A DNA stretch of 63,726 nucleotides, the filler included, from Choristocarpus tenellus KU-1152 (Eukaryota; Protista; Phaeophyceae): NCBI GenBank assembly GCA_964200185.2. It is 10 parts of 10 records of this genome, joined end to end, with 100 filler letters (N's around TTAATTAATTAA, not from the genome) between each part and the next. Parts side by side here need not be neighbours in the genome. Positions count along the whole stretch, not along the records: positions 1 to 16,023 come from CAXNAD020000887.1; 9 more parts are not named here. One strand, 5' to 3'. Both the position numbers and the translations under genes were made by a program. The notes beneath the pieces are model-generated. The model was not told the DNA's origin and searched no databases. It saw nothing but the letters and a program-made list of their open reading frames with translations. Below, piece after piece: positions 1-14,594 of the stretch (positions are counted from its first letter, which is position 1; every line of letters starts with the position of its first letter).

Positions 1-83
1 GAGATAAAGCCGTCACAGCGGAAATTCACATGGTGGAGAAGAACGATGAAGGGGGAGGATGGAATGGGGGGCAGTGGTCCAGG

Positions 84-1024
84 CTACCCATCACCATGTG
101 ATTTTCCCTGTAAATCTCCGTTCAACATTTCATTTTCCCTTACAGTACTTTCCACTATATCTCCATCTCCTGGAATGTCTTCTGATTGCCCTGGCTCTTC
201 CTCCTCCCTTTGCTCCATATCATCTCCTTCATCCTCTGCCTCTCCCAAGCCTTCCTTATTTTGTGCCAACAATTCCTTATATTCTTCGAGCTCCCGGGCG
301 TGTCTCTCCTTATCCTGTTACATGTGTAAACAAACAGAATGTTGTTTATGAGGTGGGACTACAAATATCTTTCTCACTCGACAAATTTCCAGTGGTCCCC
401 TCTTTGCTTCAAAGCTCTGCAGATTTTGTAAAAAGCTATAATGTCGAATATGTTAGTCCTCCACATCCACCCCTACGCCGACCACTCACTTCGTTAGCTA
501 GATCCTCGAATGGTTTCCTATCTGCGGCGTTCGATGCCTTCCACAGCGCCCCCACAGTCTTTCCGAGCTCTGCAAAGCTCAGCTCCTGATGCTCTTTGCG
601 CAAAATGGTTCGGTGATGTCTACTGAAAAAGACGAAGGCTGAAACTGACACCTTTGGCTGCCGTGCGTCCTTCTTCTTCCTGTTCTTCGAGAGTTTGCGC
701 TTGCCATGTTGCCCCAACCCATATCTCTCCAAGTTCTCAGCATATGCATTGGAGAGGAGACAATAACCCTTTACCTGAACAAGCGAATAGAAACAAAGGT
801 TGTCACAGCAAAATTTGGAGGTAGGTGGGCTACTCTTCCTTTGGCACTAGTGTGTCTTTAACCAGGATATTACCAACCTTTTCAGACGAAAGGGTGCGCC
901 AAAGACTGGCGATGGTTCTGCTGATATCTTCCGACCGTGCGTCAGGTCGCGCTGCCCTGACCGCATCCCTATGCTCACAATAGAATATCATGAAAGGAGT
1001 CAATCGCTTCTTAAGAGGGTCCAT
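84..1024 (-). CDS. HMGB-like protein: two HMG boxes plus acidic tail (3 exons: 1024-878, 774-490, 314-84; ~220 aa)
   Basis: GT-AG introns join in phase. Box A: KKRLTPFMIFYCEHRDAVRAARPDARSEDISRTIASLWRTLSSEKVKGY. Box B: PKVSVSAFVFFSRHHRTILRKEHQELSFAELGKTVGALWKASNAADRKPFEDLANEDKERHARELEEY. An E/D-rich tail follows. Confidence 0.9.
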
Positions 1025-1171
1025 TTTGCCAGGGATCTCTCCTAACTTCTTGACATTGTCAAGTTGGTTTTTGTGTTTGTGTGTGGATGTTTCGTAACAA
1101 AAAAAACACTGGCTTTCTCTCCACTCCAGTTTATCGCAACATCGAAACCCATTTCTAAACCCTTTTTGGGC
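1025..1171. promoter_or_regulatory. Putative bidirectional promoter / 5'UTR region between the HMGB-like gene and MED17
   Basis: Only 147 bp separate the two predicted divergent ATGs. Confidence 0.5.
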
Positions 1172-4100
1172 ATGGAGGCCATACACTCTGATGGTGACAG
1201 TATCGGTCTGATGAAATGTAACCAGGATGGTATTGCTAGAAAAGCTAGGTCTGATGACGATAATGGAGGACCATCTATTGCTATTGTGCCTTTTCCGGGT
1301 CCGGAACCCCCAGTACACCTCTTGGACTCCTCTGGCAAGACTTTTCCTGTGAGGTGAGAGCACGACCCTCTGTCTTGCCAAGACTGGTGACAGATCACTT
1401 CCTATTGCATCAAATGTCCATTGTCATGCGAATCGGTTGTCTTTGTAACTGAATATAGATTTGAGGTTTTGGTGTAGTACTTGTGGAAACCTCCGTATCA
1501 CCATCAATCCCCGACCCAAATCTTCACACACTTTGATCGATGAAAATAATGCAGAATCGCCTTGTGCCGAGCAATGCCATTTTAACAGGAGTTTCACAGT
1601 CGATACGCTTTTGATCCTGCCAATATGTTTCCTACCACTTTACACTTTAGCTCTATGCCTCCTTGATCTTCCAGGAAACGCTCACCAGTCGACGACTTTA
1701 AACTGGCGGTGCGGAGTCTTGGCCTCCACCGTTCTGTGGTAGAGGGAGGGGAGAAAAATGACTCTGAGAAGAGATCTTCCGTCGCGCTTGAAGACGAGGG
1801 TCAAGTAGATACAGATTGCGTGGGGACTGGTCCTGTGTACGAGAAAGGATCGAAGGACTCTGATACAGAAATTTCCAGCAAACCCAAAGAGCATCCCCTG
1901 CAAAAAGCAGTGACTGCCTTTGACATGGCAATCGCAGAACTCAATCAACTTATTCATTTGGTAGACCTGGCAAGGCAAGGGGACTTCATGACACTGGAAA
2001 GGGTTACGTCACCTGACGAACGGAAAGATGGATTGCCCCTTCCAGCGGTGAGGCATTGCATATGTGATTGGTCGTCACATAGTCTATCCAGCAACCTTAT
2101 ATTTTTCAAGGGTTGTTCAATCAGTATCAGTCCAAAGCCCATTATATGCTTTCACTTTGTGGTACATTTTCCATACTATGGAAGTTATTGGTATCATGTG
2201 TTCTCTTTGATAATTTGACTACCATAGTGGAGTGAATTGAATACCACGGATTTACTCTTGTTCTTCCATTTCCCACTTGCTTCATGGACACATTCTGCCT
2301 TTGAATCTTCGTTTAGCCGTTGTTTACACGAGAGGTCATTTTTTCTTGTGAGTGTACTCATATGCTGACGATGTGCACCTGCTTTTGATCTTTCTAGACA
2401 GTGAACTGCCTGTCCATCCCGTGTATGATTTTTTTGAGAGAATAGTACACAATGTCTTGTCATGTGAGTGATGGTTGTGTTCTCACATAACTGTATTTGT
2501 AACACCTCGAGGTGTCATCCTTAGTGTCATGTAGGGCTCCACCAACTAATGTACGAGAATCCCCCTGTTTGGCATTGCTCTCAGGAGGGACTGACACCTA
2601 TTCTGAAAGTGGTTCACACCAAGAGCCATCAGCTTATGGGAGCAGCTGACCAGCTTCGCAAACGGGCCCGGCGATTACGTGACACCAGCCAAGTCCAGCG
2701 AGTTTTTCAGAATGGGGTTGTCCAGCTGAGGAAGAAGTGGCAAATAGTTGCACCAAACCATGGCAAGGTATGATCAATGCTTGGGATTTGTTTATTGCGG
2801 AATGTTAGGTGCTCCTGCCTTGAAGTAAGTTTTTCTGGAAAAAAGGACAAAATAGGGAAGATGTGGTGCATGTGTGCACCCCGTGTCATTGCATAGGTAT
2901 CATGGACTCAGCATCTCAAACTCTGCGATGTTCCTATTGCTCACACTACACCTACCATACACACATTTCACATTGAAAGCAAACTGGGTGCTGCTATTTC
3001 TAATTGTTTTATGTGCATATGCCTCCAGGTAAATGTACCTCTTCAGGTGGGCGAAGCACTTGCAGTAGACTGCAGTTTTGGAAGTGCAGGTGGCACTCCT
3101 GTGCCCTATGAGGCAGATGCTGGGATGCGCCACAAGCATCCATGGCTGGTGCAACTTATATGTGGGGAGGGTGGAAAGTTGGAGGTTGGTCCACGAAGAG
3201 GACACCCACTAATGACGCTTGAAGTCCAGTTGATTGAAGCAAACACAGGTGTATGTCAGTGTTCTGCTTTTGCACAAGAGGCTTGGGATGTTGTTAATGG
3301 TACGTGGGATGGTCCTCTCAGTGCTGATGAGGGGTGTGTATCATCAGGCTGTTCAACCAGTGGACTTGACCGATTGTGTCAGCACCTTGTGCAAGTTCAA
3401 CACAGTGTGTTTTGGGAAGAAGTGTTTGAGGCAATAAAAGCTGAAGCCTTGGTCAATGGAAAGCAGGGCTGGTTGGCACAAAAGGATTCACACTGCAGTG
3501 GTGATCTCACCTCTGGGAATACTGAGTTCTCTCCCATTGCAGGCAGTGTGTTGGTGGCTGGGACAAAACGAAAAGTTACAGAGGGGAGTTGGGAACCTGG
3601 AGGTCCAGATAAGCGCCGGGCAACAACACAAGTTGTCCATGTGATGGACGATGAAGTTCGAGTGAACCTGGATGGCGAACACCTCTTGGGCTTTCGACTA
3701 GTGACAACTAAACCCTCAGCACATGTCTTGCGACCAGGTAGCAGAGGGACTAGTTTACCATGGCAAAGCTGCTCTGTGCCTGAGAAGGGTGACCTGAGGA
3801 AGAAAGACTCAAGAGAGTTCTTGTCCTTATGCCAACTTGCCCTGCTGTATAGTGGTAGCCTGCTTCGACAGCACCATCGAAGGAGAGAGGAAAATGTACG
3901 GAAGGATAGCAAGGATGGACTCTTGGCTAAGGATCTTGGCAAGGATGCAAATGGCTTGAGGAGTATGGAACAGGGAATACCAGTGACCAATCCATTGGAA
4001 AAAAGTAAAAATGTGTTTGCAAGCCTGTATGGACGTGTGGGGGAGATGCTTCGGCATTATATCTTTCAGAAGCAGGTGAGACATTAGTGTGTGCGTGTGT

Positions 4101-7100
4101 GAGTAGTGTATGAGCAAGATCTTTCGGATTTTTGGTTCTTGGAGTGGCTGGCACTCTTTATTTCCAGCCTGTATATGTTTATGTGGATTGTACTATATTT
4201 CACAGATAATGCGCATCTTCTTGTACGAAGATATGGTAGCTTCTTACCAACTTCCCCTTCTTTGTTCAATGTCGTTGGCTAATATATTGTTCAGAGATAG
4301 AGTTATCAAGGGTGTCAACACGGGGGTGTTACAATATACATTAAAATATGACTGTGTTTGTGTGGTCTGTGGAGGACCAATTCTATCTATGAAACGACAT
4401 CATTTGGCGGCATCTTGTATATGCGTTCTGTTGACTCTTCAAGAGCTGATTAATAAGATGATAATACTTCAGAGTGCTAATTCTAGTACTAATGTAGAAC
4501 TGGACAGTCTCCTCCAGTAAGTTCCGGTTAGATAGAGTATCTCTTGCACATGTTGTGTAGGAGGTTCCCTACATTTGTGATGGAAGGGAGGTGAACAAAG
4601 GTTATTCCTATTGATGTATTTATAGTAACCGTGATTTGTTGTAAGTTGTTCCTGCAAAAGAGAGCTAGGAGTCTCTTGTGGAAGATTTATCAAAATCAGA
4701 TTGAGCTTCTAACTTTTGTGGGTGCTCCCATGTGCTGGGGAACAAAATGGTGTGCTGATAAGTTAGCATGTATCTATGTTTTTTTTATAGTGATTTTTAT
4801 TGTTTTTGTATCATACTCAGGGACTACAATAGAAACCTACCTCAACCCTAACCATCCCCAAACCATGGTCAGAGGCACCAAGACTAATTGCGCTCCTCCG
4901 TGCATGCCTTGCATTTTTATTGTGTGTTGGGTTCAGCCATTACACTGCTCATCGTTGCGCCTCCTTTCTTTAATCTTGTGCTGTAGTTGCCTGACTGCAA
5001 TGAAGCCTACATACCACAATTCAGGCCTTATGTGCTTTTGTGGTTTAGTGACGAAACAGGATAGTACAGGTGTACTTCCTTTGCTTAGTATGTGATTCAA
5101 TGAAGCCAAATTTATCTGTAAAGAAAACCTGTGACAGTACACCCTTAAATCTTATATACCGATAAGTCTAACATGACATAACATAATGGATCTATTTATT
5201 CTAGTCCTAATACATAATTTCAAGCTTCATATTTTTCACACAACTATTCCTTGGTAATGGAGGAACATGGATTTTGGGTTAGTGTTAATTTTTCTAGAAG
5301 TATAAATGAAGTTGAGGTAAGTGATGGAAAATGCTATTTGTGATGGGACAAATGGTATCCTGTGACACCAGCATTCAACCATTTGCATTCCTTTTTTGTC
5401 TCATGAATATCGGTTTATCAACTGTGCCCATACAGTCAAGAATGCAACAACTCAGCCCCACAAAATCAGTGTGCTTTTTTATTTTGAGTATACCACTAAT
5501 TGTATATTTAAAGTATTCTGCATAGTTTTATCACAAATTTAATTAATACATCAACATGAACTCCGTAGTGGGTGAAGAAATGATACAAAAACACTGGTTA
5601 TTGGGTCCATCTTCATAACAAGCCTTCATTCACACCATGTAGTTTTTTTTGTGGAGATAACTGTACATAATGATTAAGTCCAAAGGAAGTTGTGTGTACA
5701 AGAAACCTACCATGAACATGTATAGTTAGCACTTTTTATGTACATGTATTTAATGCTTACACTATTAGAGGTATAGAAAGTCAGTGGGTATTTACTGCGT
5801 TAGTGAGGGCAAATATCCCACCTGCAAGAGCAGTATGCATCAAACATGCACTCCTGGAGTAGTTGGCCAGGTGAGCAAGTAAAGGCACTTGAGGGTTGGA
5901 TCAAGCTCCTCCATCACAGCCTGCACAACTCATTTGTAGGACATTCCACGACTAATATAACACCCTCACCAGCTTTAACTCACAGTGACTCCCTTGTTGC
6001 TTCTCTGAAAGAGCACTATATTAGGTGTTGGCTTCTCTATCATTTTATGGAGGTCCCCCTAGCATAACTGTATTCTAGACTTTATCATGCCATGCAAGTA
6101 AAGCCACAACTCTTCTCAAGCTTTGTTTGTTCGGTCTTTGGATGGTGGGATTGCTCCACTGCAATCACACTGTGACTTGCACACACAATGGGTGATCATA
6201 GTAATGACCACTGTGATCACCTGAGGCCATTGTAAGGTAAAGTTAACATATTGTATGCGTTTCACAGGTTGTGGAAGCCCCTTAATTCCCAGGTCTACAC
6301 GAAGACAATTTTTGTTGGACAATGTATCATCTGCTGTCTAGCAAAAAGGTCCATGTAAAATCTAAGAGATGGTTCTGGGTACTCTGGAGCCCCAGATGCT
6401 GGACGTAACCACTCATCCTTGATGTACTCTGCTCAAATTTTGGAATCAGAAAAGAAGAAAAGGCTGCACAATTGGATTTCCTAAGACCACAGAATTAAAC
6501 AAACTTGATGTGCAAGGAGCTTGGAACTTTGTCTGCAAGTGAATGATAACATGTAACAGTGGCTCTGCTTTATTCCAATGTATGGAAAGTGGAATGAGCA
6601 CATTCAAACCTGAGATATCAATCTATAGTAGAATTTCATTTGATCATATTTCCATTTTCACTGGCATGAAGGGTAACCCATTTGCACACTTCCTGACCTG
6701 TTTCAATCAACTGTTATTCTCCACATAAACATAAAATGATGCCCCAGGTCGTTTCAGCCATGACTTCAGTATCTCGCAGCCTACAGCTTGTGAACCTGCC
6801 ATTCTCAGTGCATTGGACGGACCTACAGATGATGTACCCTGCATCTTCCTTCCATCTTACCCTGGGTTGGTGTTTCCACTTCACAGCTAGAATTCAGCAG
6901 GGTGTGGTGGCTCTAGGTGCCCTAGCTGGACTTCAAAACCCAGCAGATCATCGATACATTGGTCTATCATCTGCCCATGACATGAAGTCATTCCTGCTTT
7001 TTGAGGCCAGCAGGCAGATCATTCTGACATTTAGTGACATTGCTGCTGGCTGGACAAAAAAGGATAAGGGAGTACAGTTCACGGTTGACTTGGTATCCAG

Positions 7101-7599
7101 GATCATCCACCTGCTCTCTCTGGAGTCGAGGGAGGAAACTGCATTTGACCAACAAAACTCTGGAGTTAGCCCAGAAAGTGAAGAGAGAGACTACAGTGTG
7201 TGTGTTGACATCACCCCCAATGTGAGCATTTGATACAAAGTACTAGGACTTCAAACATCGTTGGAACATACTGTCATCGCTTGTTTGTATTGTCTAATTT
7301 TTCCTTCTCATTAAATTTCTATCGGTGTTAAAACTTGCCCCTACTGTTTTCAGGGAGATTTTTCAGTGAAGTGCAGTAAACGCTTAGCCTGCCTTGTGGC
7401 AAGGAATTCATCTCTTCCAGTAAAATCTGAAAAGGAGACAGAGTCATCAACTCATTCATGCACTAAAGGTGGGACTGAAGCATCTTCTTCACTCTGCTGG
7501 GAACTGCTGGAGGGACAAGACATTTTCCAGAAGTTTTCACGGCTGTTGTCAATTGTTTATTCTTCTCCATTGGCATTACCAATATCCAGCGCAGAGTGA
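1172..7599 (+). CDS. MED17: Mediator of RNA polymerase II transcription subunit 17 (6 exons: 1172-1353, 1675-2047, 2585-2767, 3029-4075, 6748-7221, 7354-7599)
   Basis: Phase-consistent GT-AG exons. Med17-like motifs: AIAELNQLIHLVDL; KSHQLMGAADQLRKRARRL...FQNGVVQLRKKWQI; VDCSFGSAG; LCQHLVQVQHSVFWEEVFEAIKAEA. Confidence 0.75.
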
Positions 7600-7733
7600 A
7601 GGATTTTCATGCCTTGGTCTCCAGGTCTCACATTCAACCTCCATGCTCTGTAATTAACCTATTTAGATAATGTCAAATTAAAATGGATGCAAACTTTCAG
7701 ACTGGCAATCTTTTGTCTTCCACTTGCACTCTA

Positions 7734-10700
7734 TCAGCTATTCTTGGAATCTGAAATGTGCCAGGCCTGCAGTGGTAGTTCCTGCATCCTTTTCATTCTC
7801 TGTGCAAATACTAAAAACCACAGCAGGCCCAGGATAGTACAGGCAGCAGCCTGACATAAGGAAGACAAATGATTAGAATTTTGTTACACAATATACAACA
7901 TATCTACTGTTTGATCAAACTTGCGATTGAAAGGGTGTACACATGTCAGACAGAGATGATTTTATTTTTATTTATTTCACTTGACAAATTATGAGTTATC
8001 ATTTATTTACACATGATTTGTTCCTATATGTCAAGACAATTGTATACTGCTGCTGGTTTCCCCTAATTTATCTTCATATACAAACTTAGGTTATTAGGAA
8101 ACAATTGTTACATATATGACTTTACTTGTTTATGGCAAGCAATTGCGTGAAAGACTTATTATTGAAATGACACAAATACTTGGTTCCCTTGTCCTATGAA
8201 AGTATAATCCTATGAAGTATAAATAATATCACATCCCTTCAAAGCACATGTTGTGGAAGCCTTAATAGTGTACCAGGTGACATCACATCTTTAGTGTGTC
8301 ATGTCTGTCAACAAGCATGTTCCCTGGTACAAATACAGTTGGTGTTTATGAGCGCAAGTTGTATAAATCAGTCTTTTGATTTGTCAACACCACAATCATA
8401 AATGGGTACAACTAATTGGGAATACAAATGAAGTAGTTAATGCCTAAATCTTTGACTTGTGGGCATGTGCACCAACATGCTTATCTTAGATTTATAACAG
8501 GAACGGTCATAAATTTGTATGCCACAAATTGGATTTGATTTATCTGAAACGTGAAAGGTTATCAGAGGAAAAGCAATGACACCATACTCAGCATCAACAA
8601 ATTACTCTATAAATAATAAGTGAGAGTGACAAAAGAAGGCAAAACAAAAACTCCATGTGGCTAGGAAGGGAAGCCAAAAGAAAATACACTCCAGTAGCGA
8701 CCAAAATCAGTAATTTTTGGGGCAATGTCAACCATAATCCTGGTTTAGAGATCTTGGTGACTTATTATCCCAAAAGTTTTAAACCTGAATATTTTTCTTT
8801 TGTGAAGGAGATTTTGCTCACACAATTGAAGCAAATGCAGCATCTCATCCATGCTGGTTTTCAACTTTCACCAAAATTAGTGTGCCTGACCTGGATGTGA
8901 TAACCATCGACTGATATCACACATGATACACCGTCAGTTTCAATGCAACCCTGATCTCCATCTTGATTGTCACAGTTATCTGTCAGGTATGGGAACATAG
9001 TACACGACTTGTCATGGTAGGAACATCACACTGGGCAAAAGTTGACCCTGAACAGAAGTGATCTGAACCACTTCCAACACGTGTACATGTGTTGGAGTTA
9101 TCAGCTACACATTCATTTCCCTCTTCCTGCTTCTGGTGCTACCCTTTTATAACAATGAACATAAAAGGTGCAAGACGCAGCAGACTTGATATTGTAATTG
9201 TGATAATGATGATAGGGTAGGGCTCATTAGAGTTGTATCCTGTGGCAAAAGATCAGTTTGCAAGAAAATTTACGAACAATAAACCTAACCCCGACAAATC
9301 CAAGAGTATATGTAGGTTACTAGTATAGTTGGCGGACGTGTAAATATGAGAGCCGGTACCACCAACAGTTACATGTTCAGTATTCAGAATTGGATTTACA
9401 TGGGATGTTTGTGAATGCTGTCCAGCACTCTGTTAGGGTTACTTTGCAGAATGAGATAATGAAACAAGCTGTGCCTGGAGTACAATATCCCACCCTTTCA
9501 AAAGCAAAATTGAGAAGGGTTAAAAGGTATAAAAAGGAGCAGAACATGTTTTTCACAAAAAATGGGATGTTTTACCGTTCATTAGCACCTCCACTTCCTC
9601 ATTCAAACATGTCCTGACTGTCAGTTGGTCCAGCAAGTACAATGACAGTGAGTTCGGCCTGACATGCACAAGATAGAGAAATGCTCAATCAATGATTAGC
9701 AACCATGGCAGTGCTTACACATAATATGCACAATGCATGAACTCAATGCGGACAAATCAAAATACTGGCCCTTTTCACTGGACCAGGCAGTGATCAAGAC
9801 CAAAAATAACAGGGTCCAACTAGATCTCTGAGGTCCTGGACTGGTCCTATTACAAGATAATTTGCTGGGGACCAGTCCTGTTAAATTCTCTGACACTCCT
9901 GGATCAGACCTGTCAAAGCATACGTTAGTTACAGGGATTGATCCTACCAAAAAAAGTTTTGCATACTAGAGCGGAGATCCCCTCTGAAAGATGATCATAT
10001 TAATGTTAGAAAGAAATTTCTCCAGAATCTGGAGTACTTGTGATTGTAATGTAAAACCAAAACCTGATCCATGGGACCTATGAAGTACCCAACTCTTGTG
10101 ATGAACCAAGGTTCACAGCAAAATAATGAAATATTAAATACAGAGTAGTTGAATGCGCATTTCAAATGTGAGGGGAAGACTATGGGAGAACTTTTCCTTC
10201 TCAGGTTTTTGGTGTCACTGCATTTTGTGGATGAAGATTTTTAGTGTGGTTTCGAGATTGTTGGGATTCTTGGTTTAACCTGCCTCTATATGAAAAAAAA
10301 ATGTACTTGGACAACATGCCATCATCATTTTTGTTGCATCCTCACCATTTTGTGCCAATGTTAGCCACAGTATTGAGCAGAGTCATGTAAGTACCACCGA
10401 TCGATGGGTCACTTATCCGGGAGAAGAATGCCATCTGTGACACATACATGCAGTTCGATGCCAAATCATGCAGAGTCACTGCAACCACAAGCCACATATA
10501 AAAAACTGCCACCCCTTCTGCGGGCACCATGTGCGCCTTTCTGTCATGTTTTTTAAAGCAATATGAAAGGGGGGAGAAGTTCAGTTGCAGCCCAGCGCAA
10601 AAATGACTGCAACAGCACAACTGAGTTCACTCTTTCATTACAAACATGAATTGATTTGTCAAAGTTGCTTGCGTCTGATTTGTCCAAAATAACAAATTAT

Positions 10701-13700
10701 TGTGGGTGGAGAAGTGGATCTCAGAAAATATGTGTGTTGTAAGAACAACAATGCATGCAAAATTCCAAATTCGTAAGGAGCACATGTTGGGAATGAGGTG
10801 ACCAGCAGTGCAACAATAAAACCTACTCTCATCCTCTTGTAGGAAAGATCCTAATAACAATCAAAGTAAATGTCTTAACATTTTTTTGATACAAACCCAA
10901 TAATTCACCTTCAGTTGGACCCATGTCTTGAAATAGGATGTTCTTCAATTGTGAGCTCATGGATACCAAAACACAAGCCACATTCTAGCTATACCCAAAT
11001 ACCTACAGCACATACAATCAAGGTGGGTAAGAGGCAGCTTGACCTTCACACACTGCTATGGAAGTAGCAGATTCAACACAATATTTAAGGAACAACCACT
11101 CCAACTAAACTGCACATGGTCTATGCATGCACAAAACGTAGGATCATTTCAAACTCTCTATGATTCATTCTGTCAGTACTGCCAAGAATAGACTACTCAA
11201 ACAATAATTGAATGAATAAACCTTATCACCAGGTGCTTCCGTACATGTGTTCTTCCCTCCCCATGTAATCCCATGTGACTCCCTCATCTTTATGCTTATA
11301 TTGCCTCTCTAAAAAGGTTTCTGACACAATGTCCAGACAATACATAGAAGGTGTTGCTTTTCATGGCCCAACCTCAAACAGTATTACAACATTAGGCTTG
11401 AGGGCTGTAGCATTAAGAGTATTGGTGATAAAAACCCATCAGCAGAAAGGAATCTATGCATCAAGGTCTCGAGATGAGCCAATAAAATAATAGAGACCTG
11501 TAAAATACTGACCTTGCCAGAGGCAAAACGTAAGCATAGACCACAGTTACCACCAAGCGCAGAGGATAGCCCCAAATGAACACCTTCAGTGGCATGGGAC
11601 CAGCAGTCAGACGACCCAAACCAACAGGAATAATAATACCCAAGAAAACAATCAGGGGTGACAGTGCCACCAGCTTCTCCTTGGGCATGCCATACTCCAC
11701 AAGCTTTAGTGAGGTTGCAGCATCTGTCACACCAAAGGCTGGCAAAAAAGTTTGAAGAGCAATATAGTTTGAGATATACCACAGGACAAAATTCACCTGT
11801 TGCGACCTCTAGGGTCAAATACGCTTTAAGCTAGCAGTTTATAACCGATAAAGTAAATAAAACCCTACAGGATCGAAAGTAAATGAGGTATACATGTTAT
11901 ATGTTCCAGAAGTAAGGTATATATGTTATGTTACAGAAGTAAGGTATATATGTTATATGTTCCAGAAGTAAGGCTCACAGCTACAAACAGCAGGAGTAGC
12001 AAGCTCACTGTACACACTCTCACCTATCCTGCAGGTGAAGAGAACCACACCAAGTGACTGCAGTGATGGAAGCTTGACACACTTAATCAACTGCAATCAG
12101 TTAGGCACATATAAATGCAAATCAGAACTTGTCCAAGGGGCAATCTACTCTGGGCACTCGCTGATATCCAGATTCCTTTCAATTAGAATGTCACATCTCA
12201 GACTAAACCCAACAAAATACCACTCTCTTCATCAGTAAATGACTAGGAAGCACAATGTGAACTCTTGCCATTGAACATAAGAATGAACACATCCCTACGG
12301 TACAAGAACATTCTTATGTCAATGAAGCATGTCAATATTTCAAGAGGCGAGGGTATCACTGGCATCCCGGGGATTGATTTTGGTAGGGGGAGGCCCCGGC
12401 TGCATGGGCATCAGGTTTGAACTGTTCTTGCAATGAACTAATCCAAGATGTGCTGGTTTAAATATCAAAATGACATGATACACCTCCAACACAATACCAA
12501 GTGAAAATGATACATCATGTGCTGAAACAACAATTTCTGGACAATCACTTTGAGCATCAATGCAGACATGTTAGTGCCATTCCTTCTCATGATATAATAA
12601 ATATGAGAGTAAAAGGCACAAGAAGAGGCTACAGCAGTGCCATGTAAGTAATGCAAGGACTGTCAATATCAAGAGCATGTTGAGAAAAATTAAATTCTTA
12701 GCATAGAGGAGTACATTATCACAGCACAATTGAAGAGCAGTGCACAACTCTTTGTTAAGTGTGCCAAGTCACAGTTTAAAAGGTCTTCAAACTGAAGAAA
12801 GGGCGACCAGGTTGCATCCAGGAGCCCCTTCATTATTTCTCTTTACTTCTAGGTTTATAAAGTACAGAGCATAAAAAGAAGCATATATGCCTTTCGGGGC
12901 AAATGTTGGCATACCAAAGGTAACAATGCAAGATATTCTTCCCATTACCTCAGTGTGTGGTTTGGTTCAACTCAGGTGATCCTTAACCACATAACCCAAA
13001 TAGGCACCTGTTTGTACGTGTCCACAAGGCCCAGCACATTGTCCTCGCTCTCATTTGCCTCAGTCTTAAAAAAACACACATAAGCCGTGGTTGTGAGAAA
13101 CATCAGACCCCAGAAAGAGAGGAATGAGGAAAGAGTAACCATCCCAACATCTGATGGTTCAGACCTTTTCAGATGTTCAGAGGGCAAAAAAGGAGGAGGG
13201 TAAAAGTCAATTATTGTGATTTCAATCTTTTAACATTTTCAAGCAATCTTTAACATAAGATAAATATTTGTGGGCACTTACCGCAGATATGTGTTGCAAA
13301 CTTCTGGGTTGTTAAGAGCAAGGAAACCAACTTGGGAAATGAAAAAGCCAATTGTCTGCCCCATAGTGTTGCACATAGAGGCATACCCAACATTCTCATG
13401 AGAGAGCATCGTCAATGCCCAGCCATCCACAGCAATGTCCTGAATGTTGCCACAGGTGCAAGTATTAGAAAAGGGGGTAAAAGCGTTGCTCTGTCAATAT
13501 GTTGATTATGGAAAAGTTAAACAGGACGGTAGTTGTAGCCAAATAAGGAATTTCGTGATTGTCGGGAAGGCCTCGATGAGAGAAACATACCTGTGTGGCC
13601 ATAATAAAATACAGCACCATAAAGTACAAAGTCAAAGTGTTCATGTGCGGTTCGCCTCCATCTTCCCCAACCCAGTCGTCCATAGCACCCCTGGCTGCAA

Positions 13701-14594
13701 GCATCATTATACCGCAGATTAGTTGGACAGGTACCAGCCACGACTTTCGGCGTCCAAACGGACTGTAGTATACAGAATCCACCTGACTCGACGATGGTAC
13801 AGAGAGTGTTCCATCAACATGGCAATGGGGTATTTTACGGCATAAACAGAATGACAAGTGTGCGTTGTAGCTGGAGGTCCTACTTCAGTATCCCAAATAC
13901 ATATTTGTGGATGGTACTTTTGAGACATACTTGCCGATCATCAACGCCCTTTTTCCCGGACCTGAATTGTTGCTTGGGTTATACCATCCTTAGCATCGAG
14001 TCTTGCACGACTTCATAGTCGAGCTTAGAGCACCTCAGACTCAAATATCGACACGCAATATAGAAGCTGGTTGCACTTGAACAAAGGTCTAATCATTTGC
14101 CCCAAGCAAGATTGAAATTCATTCTACGTACCAGTGGTGCCCACACCAACTTCAGGCTGAATGGTAGGGAGACTAGACTGAACAGAGCTTGGTGAGAATA
14201 AGTCACCTGTATCAAAGGGAAAAAGCAAGAAGTCAGGTGTCGTTTAACGCAAATATCATGTCGTTACCCATGTTTATAAAGTCCCTAAGAATATAGTTAC
14301 ACAAAGTGCTAATCAAGACAACGCATTTTGCAAACTGTGAGAAAGAATTACCTTGTCTTGAAGAAGGAATGGGATACTGCCACTGAGACCCATAGGAATC
14401 CCCTGTAGCGTGTATAGAACAAGCAACAACACAATGCTCGACAGATCCTTAGAGATACACCGTTGTACAGGGTCCCGTCCATTGTTAAGATGTTTGCTTT
14501 GAGATGAACTTTCCTCTCCCTTCTCCATCTTATCCCCAACGAGTATCTTGTCCCCGGTTCCATTCATGACTTCTCCCCTTCTTCTCCTGGCCAT
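7734..14594 (-). CDS. SLC33A1: Acetyl-CoA transporter 1 (AT-1/ACATN, MFS), 11 exons
   Basis: Exons at approx. 14594-14352, 14206-14132, 13782-13591, 13439-13282, 13164-13008, 12090-12023, 11739-11513, 10540-10346, 9658-9576, 8980-8891 and 7850-7734. They encode LLVLYTLQGIPMGL, PFSLKLVWAPLVDSVY, FGRRKSWLVPVQL, ATQDIAVDGWALTML, SQMAFFSRISDPSIGGTYMTLLNTVANIGTKWP, DGYHIQ, ending QELPLQAWHISDSKNS*. Confidence 0.95.
11877..11972. repeat. Intronic minisatellite, ~3 copies of a ~29-30 nt unit (AAGTAAGGTATATATGTTATATGTTCCAG)
   Basis: Tandem units read directly in an SLC33A1 intron. Confidence 0.85.

Noticed and set aside
84-1024. HMG gene as the brown-algal male sex-determining HMG-box gene
   Set aside because: Two boxes plus an acidic tail, short introns and a gene-dense housekeeping neighbourhood fit a generic HMGB better. 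A phylogeny and sex-specific coverage test would be needed to claim otherwise.
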